Shown: one piece after another, positions 30,170-39,954 of the stretch
Layout of the letters: every line of letters begins with the position of its first letter
Position numbering within the stretch: position 1 is the first letter of the stretch
DNA from: a virus
Lineage: Duplodnaviria; Caudoviricetes
Length of the DNA stretch: 62,293 nt
IMG/VR virus record: IMGVR_UViG_3300031726_000004
Location: 1-62,293 of that record
Reading direction: 5' to 3' (one strand)
Position numbers and translations under genes: made by a program
The notes under the pieces: model-generated
Seen by the model: only the letters and a program-made list of their open reading frames with translations
The model's database searches: none
What the model was told of the DNA's origin: nothing

Positions 30170-30469
30170 ATGACTATCAACAGCATTTCCGACTTTCGCA
30201 AAGCGATACGCAACGGTCCTTATGCATGGCCGGGCGGTTACCCGCTGTTCTTCATCATGGGTGACGGCGAAGCACTGTCATTCAAGGCCGCGAAATCCAA
30301 CCGCCGCGCCATGCTTGAAGCCTTGCGCGACAAAGACACCAGACCGCGCGACCAATGGTTGCCCATCGCTTGCGAAATCAATTGGGAAGATCAGAGTTTG
30401 TTCTGTTCCCACACCAACGACAAAATAGAAGCCGCCTATGAAGGCGAGGAAACGGATAACAACGGATGA
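30170..30469 (+). CDS. Hypothetical protein (YAWPGGYP motif)
   Basis: RBS GGGGA; coupled to next gene. Confidence 0.65.
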   Translation: MTINSISDFRKAIRNGPYAWPGGYPLFFIMGDGEALSFKAAKSNRRAMLEALRDKDTRPRDQWLPIACEINWEDQSLFCSHTNDKIEAAYEGEETDNNG

Positions 30470-30777
30470 AGCGCACAGCAGCAATTCCCTACGCATCGAT
30501 TGATGTACTTCAGCGCAACACCAGAAAGCACACCCAACCAATGACCACTTGGAAACTAATCCACGTTGAAACCGGAGTTGAACTTCGCGCCGATGATCTT
30601 TGCCAGACCTTTCGCGGTGAAAAGGCGCGGATCACCAGCCTCACACCGCCGACGCATGCGCCATCAACGGGGCGAGTTTACATCCGCATGATTGGCGACC
30701 CTCACACGCCTGAGACCGAGCAAGGCTACTATCCCGGCGTCATAGGCGCGAAGTTCATTCGATCGGAGATCAACTAG
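30466..30777 (+). CDS. Hypothetical protein
   Basis: Co-oriented; true start may be the internal MTTW. Confidence 0.55.
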   Translation: MKRTAAIPYASIDVLQRNTRKHTQPMTTWKLIHVETGVELRADDLCQTFRGEKARITSLTPPTHAPSTGRVYIRMIGDPHTPETEQGYYPGVIGAKFIRSEIN

Positions 30778-30778
30778 C

Positions 30779-31090
30779 ATGCGCTATCAGATTTGGTACA
30801 TGCGTCCGACGTGGTTTGCAGAGGGCATCATGGGCAAGTTGCCCGATGCCGGCAATCTACACGCGACACATCTGCACTTGACCAACATCGACGCCAACGG
30901 CCTTGATGCCGGCTATGCCGCGATGCAAGCCGAACATTGGTCGCCGAACGGCGAAGCCCGCCCCTTGATCGAAATCCTAGGACTTGAACACACGTCGATG
31001 TGTGTGGGTGACGTGCTGATTGATGACGTTGGCAACGTGCACACGGTGGCGAATACCGGGTTCAAGGCGATAGGCGGGTTTCGGCCATGA
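30779..31090 (+). CDS. YodL-like small protein
   Basis: HTSMCVGDV..GF C-terminal motif resembles YodL-like domains. Confidence 0.5.
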   Translation: MRYQIWYMRPTWFAEGIMGKLPDAGNLHATHLHLTNIDANGLDAGYAAMQAEHWSPNGEARPLIEILGLEHTSMCVGDVLIDDVGNVHTVANTGFKAIGGFRP

Positions 31091-31263
31091 TCATCGTCGC
31101 GCTAATCATCATCGTCGCGTTTCTGTACGCGATCAATCGCAAACTGCAACCGGCAATGACGTGGCAAGAGCGCCACAAGCGCTTGAAGCGCAACGTCCTG
31201 ATCTGCGCTGCAATCGTCACGCTGTACTACGCAATCGATCTAGCGAGGTTTTACTACCCATGA
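31087..31263 (+). CDS. Small membrane protein (58 aa, not in ORF track)
   Basis: MIIVALIIIVAFLYAINRK...; ATGA overlaps at both ends. Confidence 0.55.
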   Translation: MIIVALIIIVAFLYAINRKLQPAMTWQERHKRLKRNVLICAAIVTLYYAIDLARFYYP

Positions 31264-31502
31264 CACCGCGCAAGCCACGACCATTCATGAGCGCGAAACG
31301 GTTTGAAGAGGCAATCGAACTGCTCAACCTCAATCAAACACAAGCCGGGAAATTCCTGGGGATCAATGGCCGCACCTCGCGACGCTACATCGCGGGTGAT
31401 CTGCTCATTCCCAAATCGGTCGCGATGCTTTTAGAACTGATGGTCCTGAAAAAGGTGAAGCCGGACGGCGTTCTCGAACTGATAGGAGAAGACGCGCAAT
31501 GA
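31260..31502 (+). CDS. XRE-like HTH regulator
   Basis: LNLNQTQAGKFLGINGRTSRRYIAG..IPKSVAMLL. Confidence 0.75.
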   Translation: MTPRKPRPFMSAKRFEEAIELLNLNQTQAGKFLGINGRTSRRYIAGDLLIPKSVAMLLELMVLKKVKPDGVLELIGEDAQ

Positions 31503-31660
31503 AAGTGCCAGAGATCGCAGCGCGCGAAGCGGCAGAAGAAAGCGCCGGTTACGAAAGCCGCTTCGCAAAGATCGATACCGAACTTGCGGTTTTAAAATGG
31601 ATGGTCGGGACGAACCTCGCTTTAACGCTCGCCATTCTCGGAAAACTATTCCTGCATTGA
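31499..31660 (+). CDS. Short coiled-coil plus TM protein (DUF1640-like tail)
   Basis: RFAKIDTELAVLKWMVGTNLALTLAILGKLF. Confidence 0.5.
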   Translation: MKVPEIAAREAAEESAGYESRFAKIDTELAVLKWMVGTNLALTLAILGKLFLH

Positions 31661-31689
31661 GCTAACTAATCGAGCGGACAAAACCAAAC

Positions 31690-31715
31690 GGCGGCCTTCG
31701 GGCCGCTATTTTTTT
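31690..31715 (+). terminator. Intrinsic terminator of ardC cassette
   Basis: GCGGCC-TTCG-GGCCGC followed by TATTTTTTT. Confidence 0.85.
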
Positions 31716-31782
31716 GTGTCAGCCTCACTGCCATGCACATGAAACCGTAAGGAAAACTGAACAAAATATGGCGATATATCGG

Positions 31783-31825
31783 GGGCGGCGCCCTCGCAGG
31801 TGTCAGCGTGACGTTGTACGGTCCC
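31783..31825 (-). other. Putative cos site (cosN 31783-31794, cosQ-like 31819-31825)
   Basis: GGGCGGCGCCCT vs lambda GGGCGGCGACCT; GGGACCG on minus strand 31 nt upstream; lambda-type terminase. Confidence 0.7.
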
Positions 31826-32147
31826 TAAAAACAACTAACTCAACTGAGCAAGAGAAACGAACAACAACACACACACATGCATTGCTTTGTTGTCGTGCCT
31901 ATGCCCAGCCATAGCCAAGGGCACGGGCATTGATGATCATGTGTTGTCGATCAATGCATGACATCAACACATCGATCATGCATGCACGCATCAGCACGTA
32001 CACACACGACAGCACAGCATGCCCCTGCCTATGCATGTGCACACTGCCATGCTCAATGCACTCGCTTACTAAGCATCATGCCTTTGAGACAGGGAGGGGG
32101 GGCACCCCACCCCTACCCCGCCGCCGCTTTGTTTGTATTGTTGCTGA

Positions 32148-32678
32148 TCACCAAGGCAAGAACTGCGCTAGCTTGCGCTCCATTGCTTCAGGTAGTTCGT
32201 TGTCCATTGCTGCATCAGCAAGGAAGGGCACTGCATCGCGCTCCATCTCGCGCGGGATACTGCCGCCCATCAACTTCTTGAGTGGTCCACGTGCAGCAGT
32301 GGTGCGCGCATAGACCTCGCTGCCCAGCATGAACGCATGCGCGAAACGTTGCGACTTGCCCCATGGCTTGGCACGCACACCATAAGAGAATTGCGATGGG
32401 TGAAAGTGTGCCAGCGAATAGTATTTGCCCGTCGCTGTGATCTTGTATTGCAGCATGCCGGACCACGCCTTGTCGATAACCCATGATGCCGGCGCATCGC
32501 TATAGGGCACACCGAGTTGCTTTGCTGTCTGTCGCTTGACTGCCGTCGTCAACTTGCCACCGACTTGATTGAGTGTCCACGCTGCAAGCTGGCGCGCTTT
32601 GCCTTGACCTAACTCGACAGCGGCGCGCTGAAACATATCAAGGTTGGCAAGGTCCAACGTGATCTCAAAATCAGGCAC
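32148..32678 (-). CDS. Lambda gpZ-like minor tail protein
   Basis: TLNQVG..TAVKRQTAKQLGV, HAFM..VYAR...PLKKLMGGSIP; GTG start with RBS. Confidence 0.65.
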   Translation of the reverse strand: MPDFEITLDLANLDMFQRAAVELGQGKARQLAAWTLNQVGGKLTTAVKRQTAKQLGVPYSDAPASWVIDKAWSGMLQYKITATGKYYSLAHFHPSQFSYGVRAKPWGKSQRFAHAFMLGSEVYARTTAARGPLKKLMGGSIPREMERDAVPFLADAAMDNELPEAMERKLAQFLPW

Positions 32679-32842
32679 GGGACGCCGCCTCTCAACAGGC
32701 GAGCCGCACCCCTTCCGTTTGTCGGGGGGACGCATCAAGGGGCGCGGCTCTTTGGGGATGTTCACCACGGACGCAAGTATGGCAGTCCAGTTGTGCACGC
32801 GAAGCATCCACCACCGTTTTTTGCGCCAGTCAACCGCTATTC

Positions 32843-33454
32843 TCAACCCGCTTCCACAATCGCGGTTGATATGTCCCCGAACACCTCGGAAAGCATGGTC
32901 TTGTCGATCTCAAGGCTATCGGTCTGCACCAGCCGCTTGGTGATCACCCGGCGCAACCGGGCGCGCGCTTCCACGTAGTTCATCGGTCCAAGCCGCGCCA
33001 GCCTGTAGACTCGAAACGCGCTGTTGAACCACGCCAGATCACCGCGCGCATTGGCTTGCACCAGCAAATCCCGAACCCTCTTGGTTGCCGCCCTCACACG
33101 CAACATCACCGCGTCATGCTCGGTGAGTTTGATATCAAGATCACCGGAAGCGCCGATGATCTCCCGGCGCACGCGATCGACAGCAACAGCAAGCCGCCCC
33201 GTTCGATCATGCGGCAAGCGTGCTGCCACGTGATCAACCATGTTTTCCGTCGTGTCCCGATCCTGCATCCAATAGGCAGCGACGATTTCAGACCACGCCC
33301 AACGCTGTCGCCACACCCGAAACGATTGTTCAAGATCACGCGTCGCATCGATGATGCATGGCTCACCATAGGGAATGCTGACAACGTAAATCGCACCGAT
33401 CCCGCACAGATGCAGATATTCCCGATCGGCACGGCGCGGCAGATCGAATGACAT
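32843..33454 (-). CDS. Hypothetical protein
   Basis: Co-oriented, abuts upstream gene. Confidence 0.55.
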   Translation of the reverse strand: MSFDLPRRADREYLHLCGIGAIYVVSIPYGEPCIIDATRDLEQSFRVWRQRWAWSEIVAAYWMQDRDTTENMVDHVAARLPHDRTGRLAVAVDRVRREIIGASGDLDIKLTEHDAVMLRVRAATKRVRDLLVQANARGDLAWFNSAFRVYRLARLGPMNYVEARARLRRVITKRLVQTDSLEIDKTMLSEVFGDISTAIVEAG

Positions 33455-33455
33455 G

Positions 33456-33929
33456 TCAGAACACCAACACCCTGTCACGGTTCAAATAGTCAGCAATCAG
33501 ATCACAACCCTTATCGTGTCGCGACCGCCACGTGTCGCCATAGCCGCCACGCTTGCGCGTCACCCAATCAGCATCACGCCCCAACGAATGCGCCATCGCT
33601 ACCGCGTTGACCGCTTCGCACAGATGCGGATATGTCAAAAACAGGTATTGCATCGGCCAATAGCACGACATCACCGCTTGCGTGATCTCGCGAACGCTCG
33701 GCGAAACGCGCGTTCTGTTTTGCATGCGCTGCGTTTTCTCCAACTCGCCCTGCTCTTTCTGTGCCACCAGATCATCAAACTCATAGGTGTAAGGCGGCCA
33801 CGCCGTGTTCGATCCGCCTGCATTTCCCATCGGCAACAATCGCAATGTCTGCATGCCCTCGCTAATGCGCCTGCCAACATGCGGACCAATCCAAATCGTC
33901 GGTCTGTCACAGTCCAACGGATCAAGCAT
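33456..33929 (-). CDS. Putative late transcription regulator/antiterminator
   Basis: VGRRISEGMQTLRLLP..AWP..PSVREIT and C-terminal HTH-like part; Q-like position. Confidence 0.45.
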   Translation of the reverse strand: MLDPLDCDRPTIWIGPHVGRRISEGMQTLRLLPMGNAGGSNTAWPPYTYEFDDLVAQKEQGELEKTQRMQNRTRVSPSVREITQAVMSCYWPMQYLFLTYPHLCEAVNAVAMAHSLGRDADWVTRKRGGYGDTWRSRHDKGCDLIADYLNRDRVLVF

Positions 33930-33945
33930 CGCCGATCGTGATTGG

Positions 33946-34473
33946 TCACGCTTGATCAACATCGAACACCTCATCGATTTCAGCACCAATAAACACTTGC
34001 TTGACATCAGCGATCATCTTGAACCGCGCATTGATCGCGATCATGGTCGCGAGATCATCAGGCGAAAACCATTGCACGTCTGCCCCATATAGCTCACGCA
34101 CACGCCTTGCAGAAAATGGATGCACACCGATTGCGATCGTCAACTTGGTCTTGGGATCGCGCCCTATCAGGTAAGCATCATCAGCCACGCCACCCGCCGC
34201 CATCTTGGCTGCGATCAACGCATAGGCACGACAGAGGCGCGACCCTTCCGCATCGATCTCCAGCGATGTGCCCGTATCCATCGCCTCACGAAATCGCTCA
34301 AGCTGCGCTTGGAATTGCGCTGCCAACTTTGCGTCGTAACGTCTGAGTGCATGACGCGTCCATCTCGACTCAAACGCGCATGCGGCCTCGGTGACTTTCG
34401 GTCCCCACGACCGCATTGCAGCATCGACCTGTTTGGTGATCTGCCGGCGTGGCTCGCGGCGCTGCTCAGTCAT
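33946..34473 (-). CDS. Hypothetical protein
   Basis: Downstream of primase/ori. Confidence 0.55.
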   Translation of the reverse strand: MTEQRREPRRQITKQVDAAMRSWGPKVTEAACAFESRWTRHALRRYDAKLAAQFQAQLERFREAMDTGTSLEIDAEGSRLCRAYALIAAKMAAGGVADDAYLIGRDPKTKLTIAIGVHPFSARRVRELYGADVQWFSPDDLATMIAINARFKMIADVKQVFIGAEIDEVFDVDQA

Positions 34474-34489
34474 CGCGGTTCCGACCGAA

Positions 34490-34795
34490 AAGTATCAGAC
34501 GCCCCGCGAAATCTCCTATTTCCCTTATAACTCACTTTTCTATACCTCGTTCTCAGTTAGTTCTTATTTCTCTCTCTTCATTCTGTTGTTATTAGCCTCT
34601 CTAAGAAAAGAACTGATACTTCTGTCACCTCACTTGCCATTTCCCTTTGATCTTCAATGTGATGACGGCTGGTGACAGTTCGATATCAGTTCTCTAAAAC
34701 GCCTCGAAAGAACTGATACCTAAGCGAGAACTGAGGTATCAGTTCTTTTGGGGTGTATCAGTTTGCAGTTTGCGCATTTTTCGCACTGATACCTT
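34490..34795. repeat. Putative replication origin with AGAACTGATAC iterons and AT-rich tract
   Basis: Copies in both orientations at 34609, 34683, 34709, 34727, 34736, 34755, 34785. Confidence 0.65.
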
Positions 34796-37357
34796 GGTGT
34801 CCCACGACGCTGGAATGAGGCTGTTGACCTCGCCGCCCAAGGTAGTGGTCGCCGCCGTCTTCCCTTCAAACATGTAGCTTTCGACGGCCCTTTCCCAATA
34901 GTTTAGGCCGCTCTCATTGAGCATGACCCCGGCATAATAGCGCCGCTTGTTGTCCTGCAATTCTTTCGGATTGATCGCGATACGGGGATCGGCCATCGCA
35001 CGCATGGCACGGCCTATGCTTTCATTGCTCGGTAGCTTGCGGTCCTCCCCCTTCTGCTCTGCCCACCACACCGAGAACGCCGCGCAGAAATCGGGCACCG
35101 ACACGCGGCGATAGGGGTTGAACTCGACACAATCTTCCAAGAACCCCGCCACAAGGTTGCTGTCGCGCCTGATGTCTTCCGACGTTTCCCTGATGCTATC
35201 GGTCAGCGCGATCACACCGCGACGTGTGGCCCTCTGAAGCCCGGCAATCGCCCAATTCAGAAGCCCCGGCAACTCAGTTGCCAGAATGAACGCCGATGGC
35301 TTTTCAAAGCCCCGTGACACGGCTTCCTTGGCAGTCCCGACCAATTCGCCCTCGATAAACTGCCGCTTGCATTCAATCACGATCATGCGCGACACAACTG
35401 CCTTGGTGGCTTCCTTGAACTGCGGCGCGGCATTGGTGGCCCAAAAGATCGGCGAGCGGATCGCGGCGGTGATCAGTGGCCCGTTCTTGACGTTGATCGT
35501 GACCGGCTCTTGCGTGACGATCGATTTGAAGATCGCGGGCATATGCCATTTGTTGTTGCCGTCAAATGCTTCATGCAACACCCACGGCAGCCGGCGCATG
35601 AACGGCATCAGTCCGTGCGGATTTTCCAGTGTCTCAAGTGAAACACCAATGCGCTCCGACCCGAACAACCCAGCCAACACCTCCAACACCTCGGACTTGC
35701 CGAGATCAGCGCCGCCCCACAACACCAGCGCTTTCGACAGCGCGCGTGATTTGTAGTCGATCAATGCCGCGCCCAAGATTTCCTGCACGACATTCACCAG
35801 CGCTTCACGCTCCAATGGTTCACGATCATCAAAGAAATCGTTGATCATCATGACCCACCACGGACATCTGGCGCTTGGATCATATTCGCATTCGACACGC
35901 CACGAACAGAAGTCATCGGGACTGACATCGCTTAGCTCAAGCGTCACAGGATCGAGCAACCCTGAGCGCGTTGGAATTTTGTGATGATGATCCCATGGAA
36001 TGCTGTCGCGCCAGTGAGCCGGATGACACAGCAGCCACGCCCGCGTTTCCGATCTCAACTTGATCTTGCTCTTGAACCCCAACCCTCGACAGGCTTCCTC
36101 GATACGCACGTCAAGCCATTTGGTGTTGGACATCAACGTCCACATGCCCTCTCCAAAGAACCATTGTCCTTGCGCCATGTTGATAAAACTCTGTTGATCC
36201 AAGCGCATCTTGGCAATCACAGCCTCACCGAGTTTGATGTGCTGTTCTTCTTTCTTGATCGGGATCGGCTTTGGCGCTGGCATCGGGATAACCTTGGCGC
36301 TGTTGCCGGTGCCGTTCGCGGTCTGCTTATTCTGCTGTTCTTCGCGTAGCTGCTCAAGATGTTTGGTCGCGTCCTGCGGCTCGGCGCGCTCAGTGGGTGG
36401 ATGTTTCTTGACCCACGTGGCGCACATCTTGGCAATGTTGCGCCGTTCTCTATTCCAATTCCAGCGCGCGCCGTACTCGCCAGCCGCCGCCTTGGTGGCG
36501 TGCAAAATCATGTCGATGACGTCTTCCACATCCATGCCGGCATTCAACAGCGATGCCGAGCACGCGATTTGCGTGTTGTGGATCGATGCGTCTTCGCCAC
36601 CCATGTACTGCATCGATGCCAATCGTTGCTCAACGTCGATCGGGCGCTTGTGGCCATGCTCTTTGCAGTAGTCCAGCCAGAAATTACTTTCGCCCGTGGT
36701 GATCGGACGTTCACGCACCTTGCGCAACAGGATCGGCGATGTTTCCGCCAACCAATCCTCAAGATCGTCCAACTCATAGCGACGATCGGAAAACTCGACC
36801 ACTTGGACTTCGACCCAGCCATCGGCCTTGCTGTTGTGAGACTGCGGCAAGCGCAGCACGCGCGACACCTCGCACACTTGCAGATCGCCACCAACCAGAT
36901 CAGCAAGCAGTCTCAAATCGTCTTCGATGCGTTCGATGTTGCCTTGGGTTGGTAGCGCTTCCTTGAACAGCCAATAAGCATGGAGCCCGCCACCTGAAAA
37001 CACGACAACGCTAGGCCGCAGTCTCAAATACTCCAGCTTGCGCACCACTTCATCGCGCTTTGGATCACCCTCGACATTCTTGAAATCGATATCGGCATGG
37101 AGCCCGATGGTCTCAACGATGTATTCTTTCGATCGCTTGGTACCTGGCTGCACGGTGCCGACGCAGAAGAACAGCCCGCGTTTTGGCCGATCCCACTTCG
37201 CGGCGAATGATGTGATGTGCGATGGCAGGCGCGTGGTGACGTGGCGTTCGGGTGGCTGCGTTTCATCAAGCCGCTCATTGGGAAACGAACAGATATAGAT
37301 CGGCGCTGTTGTTGCGTCGAACAGTCTGCGAATGAAATCTGTTGCGCTGACTGTCAT
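34739..37357 (-). CDS. Primase-helicase (AEP/RepB-type primase plus D5-like SF3 helicase)
   Basis: HADID, FSGGGLHAYW, RVLRLPQSHN; Walker A GGADLGKS; FWATN; SRMIVI. Confidence 0.88.
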   Translation of the reverse strand: MTVSATDFIRRLFDATTAPIYICSFPNERLDETQPPERHVTTRLPSHITSFAAKWDRPKRGLFFCVGTVQPGTKRSKEYIVETIGLHADIDFKNVEGDPKRDEVVRKLEYLRLRPSVVVFSGGGLHAYWLFKEALPTQGNIERIEDDLRLLADLVGGDLQVCEVSRVLRLPQSHNSKADGWVEVQVVEFSDRRYELDDLEDWLAETSPILLRKVRERPITTGESNFWLDYCKEHGHKRPIDVEQRLASMQYMGGEDASIHNTQIACSASLLNAGMDVEDVIDMILHATKAAAGEYGARWNWNRERRNIAKMCATWVKKHPPTERAEPQDATKHLEQLREEQQNKQTANGTGNSAKVIPMPAPKPIPIKKEEQHIKLGEAVIAKMRLDQQSFINMAQGQWFFGEGMWTLMSNTKWLDVRIEEACRGLGFKSKIKLRSETRAWLLCHPAHWRDSIPWDHHHKIPTRSGLLDPVTLELSDVSPDDFCSWRVECEYDPSARCPWWVMMINDFFDDREPLEREALVNVVQEILGAALIDYKSRALSKALVLWGGADLGKSEVLEVLAGLFGSERIGVSLETLENPHGLMPFMRRLPWVLHEAFDGNNKWHMPAIFKSIVTQEPVTINVKNGPLITAAIRSPIFWATNAAPQFKEATKAVVSRMIVIECKRQFIEGELVGTAKEAVSRGFEKPSAFILATELPGLLNWAIAGLQRATRRGVIALTDSIRETSEDIRRDSNLVAGFLEDCVEFNPYRRVSVPDFCAAFSVWWAEQKGEDRKLPSNESIGRAMRAMADPRIAINPKELQDNKRRYYAGVMLNESGLNYWERAVESYMFEGKTAATTTLGGEVNSLIPASWDTKVSVRKMRKLQTDTPQKN

Positions 37358-37431
37358 GTGTGTACCTGTAAAGATAGAAATGACCCGGTGCCGAATGACA
37401 CCGGGCCTTTGTTGGCACGCATGCAGTCAGA

Positions 37432-38124
37432 TCAGAACGGGATATCTTCCTCTTGGTCTTCCTTGCGTGCCGCTTCATTGGCCGCGTGCATGCCGAGTGC
37501 CGCTTCGAACTCGTTCGCTGGTGCCCAGCCGATCACAGTGAGCAGCGGAATTTTGATGCGACCATAGGCCTTGTTTTTGTGCTGGTAGCTATCGACGCCA
37601 AGCTTGACGATCGGCAGTTGTCCCGCACGCTGGCGCATGGCGCGGCCATAGGTGCGCGATAGATCGATGATGGCATCGCGACCGCCCTTGCTTGAAGCTG
37701 CGAACGTCATCAGGCTATCGTCATCGACAGCACCGGGCGGCTTCATGATCAGGTAGTTCGATAGTTGCCATGGATCGCGCGGCTGGTGCGTGACTTCATC
37801 AACTTCCCATGTGGCTTCGTCGAGATCGCCCAACTCGGCGCGCTTCGGTGGCCGGTAGCCGTCGGCAATCCTGCCCATGACGTGCGACACCGGTTTGTTG
37901 TCATTCCAGCAAATCCACCCGAACATCAGTTCGGGCATGTTGCAAGCCAACTCGGTGCCGACGTCCAATTGATCATTGCCCTCACCGAGCAACCAGTCAC
38001 CTTTGCTGAACTTCAGGAGTTGACCGACAATGTTGCGCGTCGAATAGGCGTCCGCATACTCTTCAAAGAAATTCTTCTGCGGTGTCGCCACCTCGGTGCC
38101 TTTGCGTTCTGTGATCGCGTTCAT
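37432..38124 (-). CDS. Putative ssDNA-binding protein
   Basis: LLKFSKGDW, PIVKLGVDSYQHK..YG.IKIP, acidic DIPF C-terminus. Confidence 0.6.
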   Translation of the reverse strand: MNAITERKGTEVATPQKNFFEEYADAYSTRNIVGQLLKFSKGDWLLGEGNDQLDVGTELACNMPELMFGWICWNDNKPVSHVMGRIADGYRPPKRAELGDLDEATWEVDEVTHQPRDPWQLSNYLIMKPPGAVDDDSLMTFAASSKGGRDAIIDLSRTYGRAMRQRAGQLPIVKLGVDSYQHKNKAYGRIKIPLLTVIGWAPANEFEAALGMHAANEAARKEDQEEDIPF

Positions 38125-38202
38125 CTGTTCGCCTTTCGCGTTTCGCTGTTCGCTGTTTACGTTTTGCTTGAACCGCAGTGCCCGTGCGGCAACGGGGACT
38201 GA

Positions 38203-39261
38203 TCAGCCGGGCAAGGTGATCTGCAATCGATCGCCCGGCTCGCCTTCAGTCTTGAACTGTTCGGGATCGACGCCGCATTGCTTGAGCGTTTCGCGAATGG
38301 CCGCGTTGTCATAGCCGGCGCGACCCTTCACCGGTGTCCAACTCACAACGCCCTTGATCTTGCGCACGCGCAGATCACGCATGCGATCTTTCAAGGTCTG
38401 TTGCGCCTCGCGTAACAGGATGGTGTCGGCATCAACGGCGTTGTCGTATTGCTTGACGATGCGGGCAAGGTCCGTGATCTCTGCCAACACCTGCGGATCA
38501 AGATCAGCAGCGGTGACCACGTCGGGCACACTGCGGCGCTCGACACCGCATGGCTTGACGAAGGGACAATATTCGCATTCCTTGCCGCCCGTGATCCACC
38601 CTTCCGGCTTCAATTCGCTTGCCGATGTCGCCGTCATGATCTTGGCCGCGCGTATCTTGGCGTTGTCATAGATGACGGGATCGAACGGGATGACAAACTC
38701 CGGTCCCTCGTTCCAGAAGCTCGCATTCGTATATGACAGGATCGAATGCGTTGGTCTGAATGTGGTTGTCTCGCGCACAAGCCCCATCTGCACATGGGTT
38801 TGAAACACGTTTTCCGGTTTGGCCTCGGTGAGATTAGAGCGAGGATCGGCGGTCTTGCATTCGACCATCACTTGATCTGAAGCATCGATCTTGATTTGCT
38901 CAAGTTCTTCTTTCGTCAATCGTGTCAACAGGCCATCGGGCGTTGCCGACAGATAGCCCGACACGAACGTCTGTTGATCATTGCCCGCGAACAACAGCCT
39001 CGGACCGAACGCCGCTTCAAGCGCTGGTGCCCAGAAATATTGTTCGAAGATGGTGCCGCGCAACTTCGCGCCATAGCCATCGACATAATCGTCATCGACA
39101 GGCGCACCCAATTCAGGATCACCGAGATTTTTGGTGTAGTACACCTTGCGTTCGCACTGTCCGACATCGCTTGCGCCAACCGTGTTGGCGCGATCTTCAT
39201 GCGTCCACTTGTTCAAGGTCAGTGCATAGGCATCGAGTAAGGGGCGGAGTAACGATGTCAT
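38203..39261 (-). CDS. PD-(D/E)XK exonuclease (Cas4/AddB-like)
   Basis: ASDVGQCERK, SATPDG, ECKT, QTHVQMG, ECEYCPF..C. Confidence 0.8.
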   Translation of the reverse strand: MTSLLRPLLDAYALTLNKWTHEDRANTVGASDVGQCERKVYYTKNLGDPELGAPVDDDYVDGYGAKLRGTIFEQYFWAPALEAAFGPRLLFAGNDQQTFVSGYLSATPDGLLTRLTKEELEQIKIDASDQVMVECKTADPRSNLTEAKPENVFQTHVQMGLVRETTTFRPTHSILSYTNASFWNEGPEFVIPFDPVIYDNAKIRAAKIMTATSASELKPEGWITGGKECEYCPFVKPCGVERRSVPDVVTAADLDPQVLAEITDLARIVKQYDNAVDADTILLREAQQTLKDRMRDLRVRKIKGVVSWTPVKGRAGYDNAAIRETLKQCGVDPEQFKTEGEPGDRLQITLPG

Positions 39262-39494
39262 TGGGGTGCACTCCTTTCGCTTTGTTGTTCGTCTTCGGTA
39301 TAGCGAAGTCGAATTTCGTGGATGGTTTTTTGAAGCGCCAACATGCCTTCAAGCGCGTCTGCGATGCGCGCAGCATCTTGAGCAACGCCAATGACAACGT
39401 TCGCGATCGATTTTGCGATGTCTCGTTCCGACGCTGGCATTTGAGCGTCGATCTTTTGATGGATGATGCCGCGAAGTGTTTCCAAATGCGTCAT
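39258..39494 (-). CDS. Hypothetical protein
   Basis: Coupled ORF in early-left operon. Confidence 0.55.
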   Translation of the reverse strand: MTHLETLRGIIHQKIDAQMPASERDIAKSIANVVIGVAQDAARIADALEGMLALQKTIHEIRLRYTEDEQQSERSAPQ

Positions 39495-39498
39495 CTCA

Positions 39499-39954
39499 CT
39501 AGACCCCCAACAGTTTGCGCCGAATGATCAGGTACAAATTCAACGGCTGACCCGGCAACGGATCATCCATCGGTGACATTCCGTTTTCTTCACGGTGACG
39601 CATGATCTTGGTATTGATCACGGACAAGATCATGCTGCGTTCGGCTTCGCTGCACCGGTTGATCCATGTCGCGTGTCGGATATAGCGCACCAGCGCTCTA
39701 GCGTTGTCCGGTGTCAGTGGCTTCAGCAACGCCAGTATCGAGCGATAGCCATCGCCATACACACCTGCCAACATCGCCTTGTGTTGCGCCCGTAGTCCGC
39801 GCGAGTAGAGCGCGAACTGTCGGGACTGATCGCGCTGCGCTTTCTCCATCGGTGTCGGCACCATCGGTGCAGATGCTTCCGACGCGACCACGCGCACGCG
39901 CGAAGGCCGGCGCGTGGCGGCAAGATCAGCCGCGTATTGTTCGAACGGGTTCAT
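39499..39954 (-). CDS. Hypothetical protein
   Basis: Start MNPFEQY overlapping upstream stop. Confidence 0.55.
   Translation of the reverse strand: MNPFEQYAADLAATRRPSRVRVVASEASAPMVPTPMEKAQRDQSRQFALYSRGLRAQHKAMLAGVYGDGYRSILALLKPLTPDNARALVRYIRHATWINRCSEAERSMILSVINTKIMRHREENGMSPMDDPLPGQPLNLYLIIRRKLLGV

Noticed and set aside
31714-32313. Cys/His/Met-rich ORFs beside cos
   Set aside because: Composition reflects the CA/TG-rich tract; no RBS or motif support.
38203-39261. Cas4 as an adaptation gene for the Cas7-like locus
   Set aside because: It sits in the replication operon next to the SSB-like gene and primase, typical of phage recombination exonucleases.
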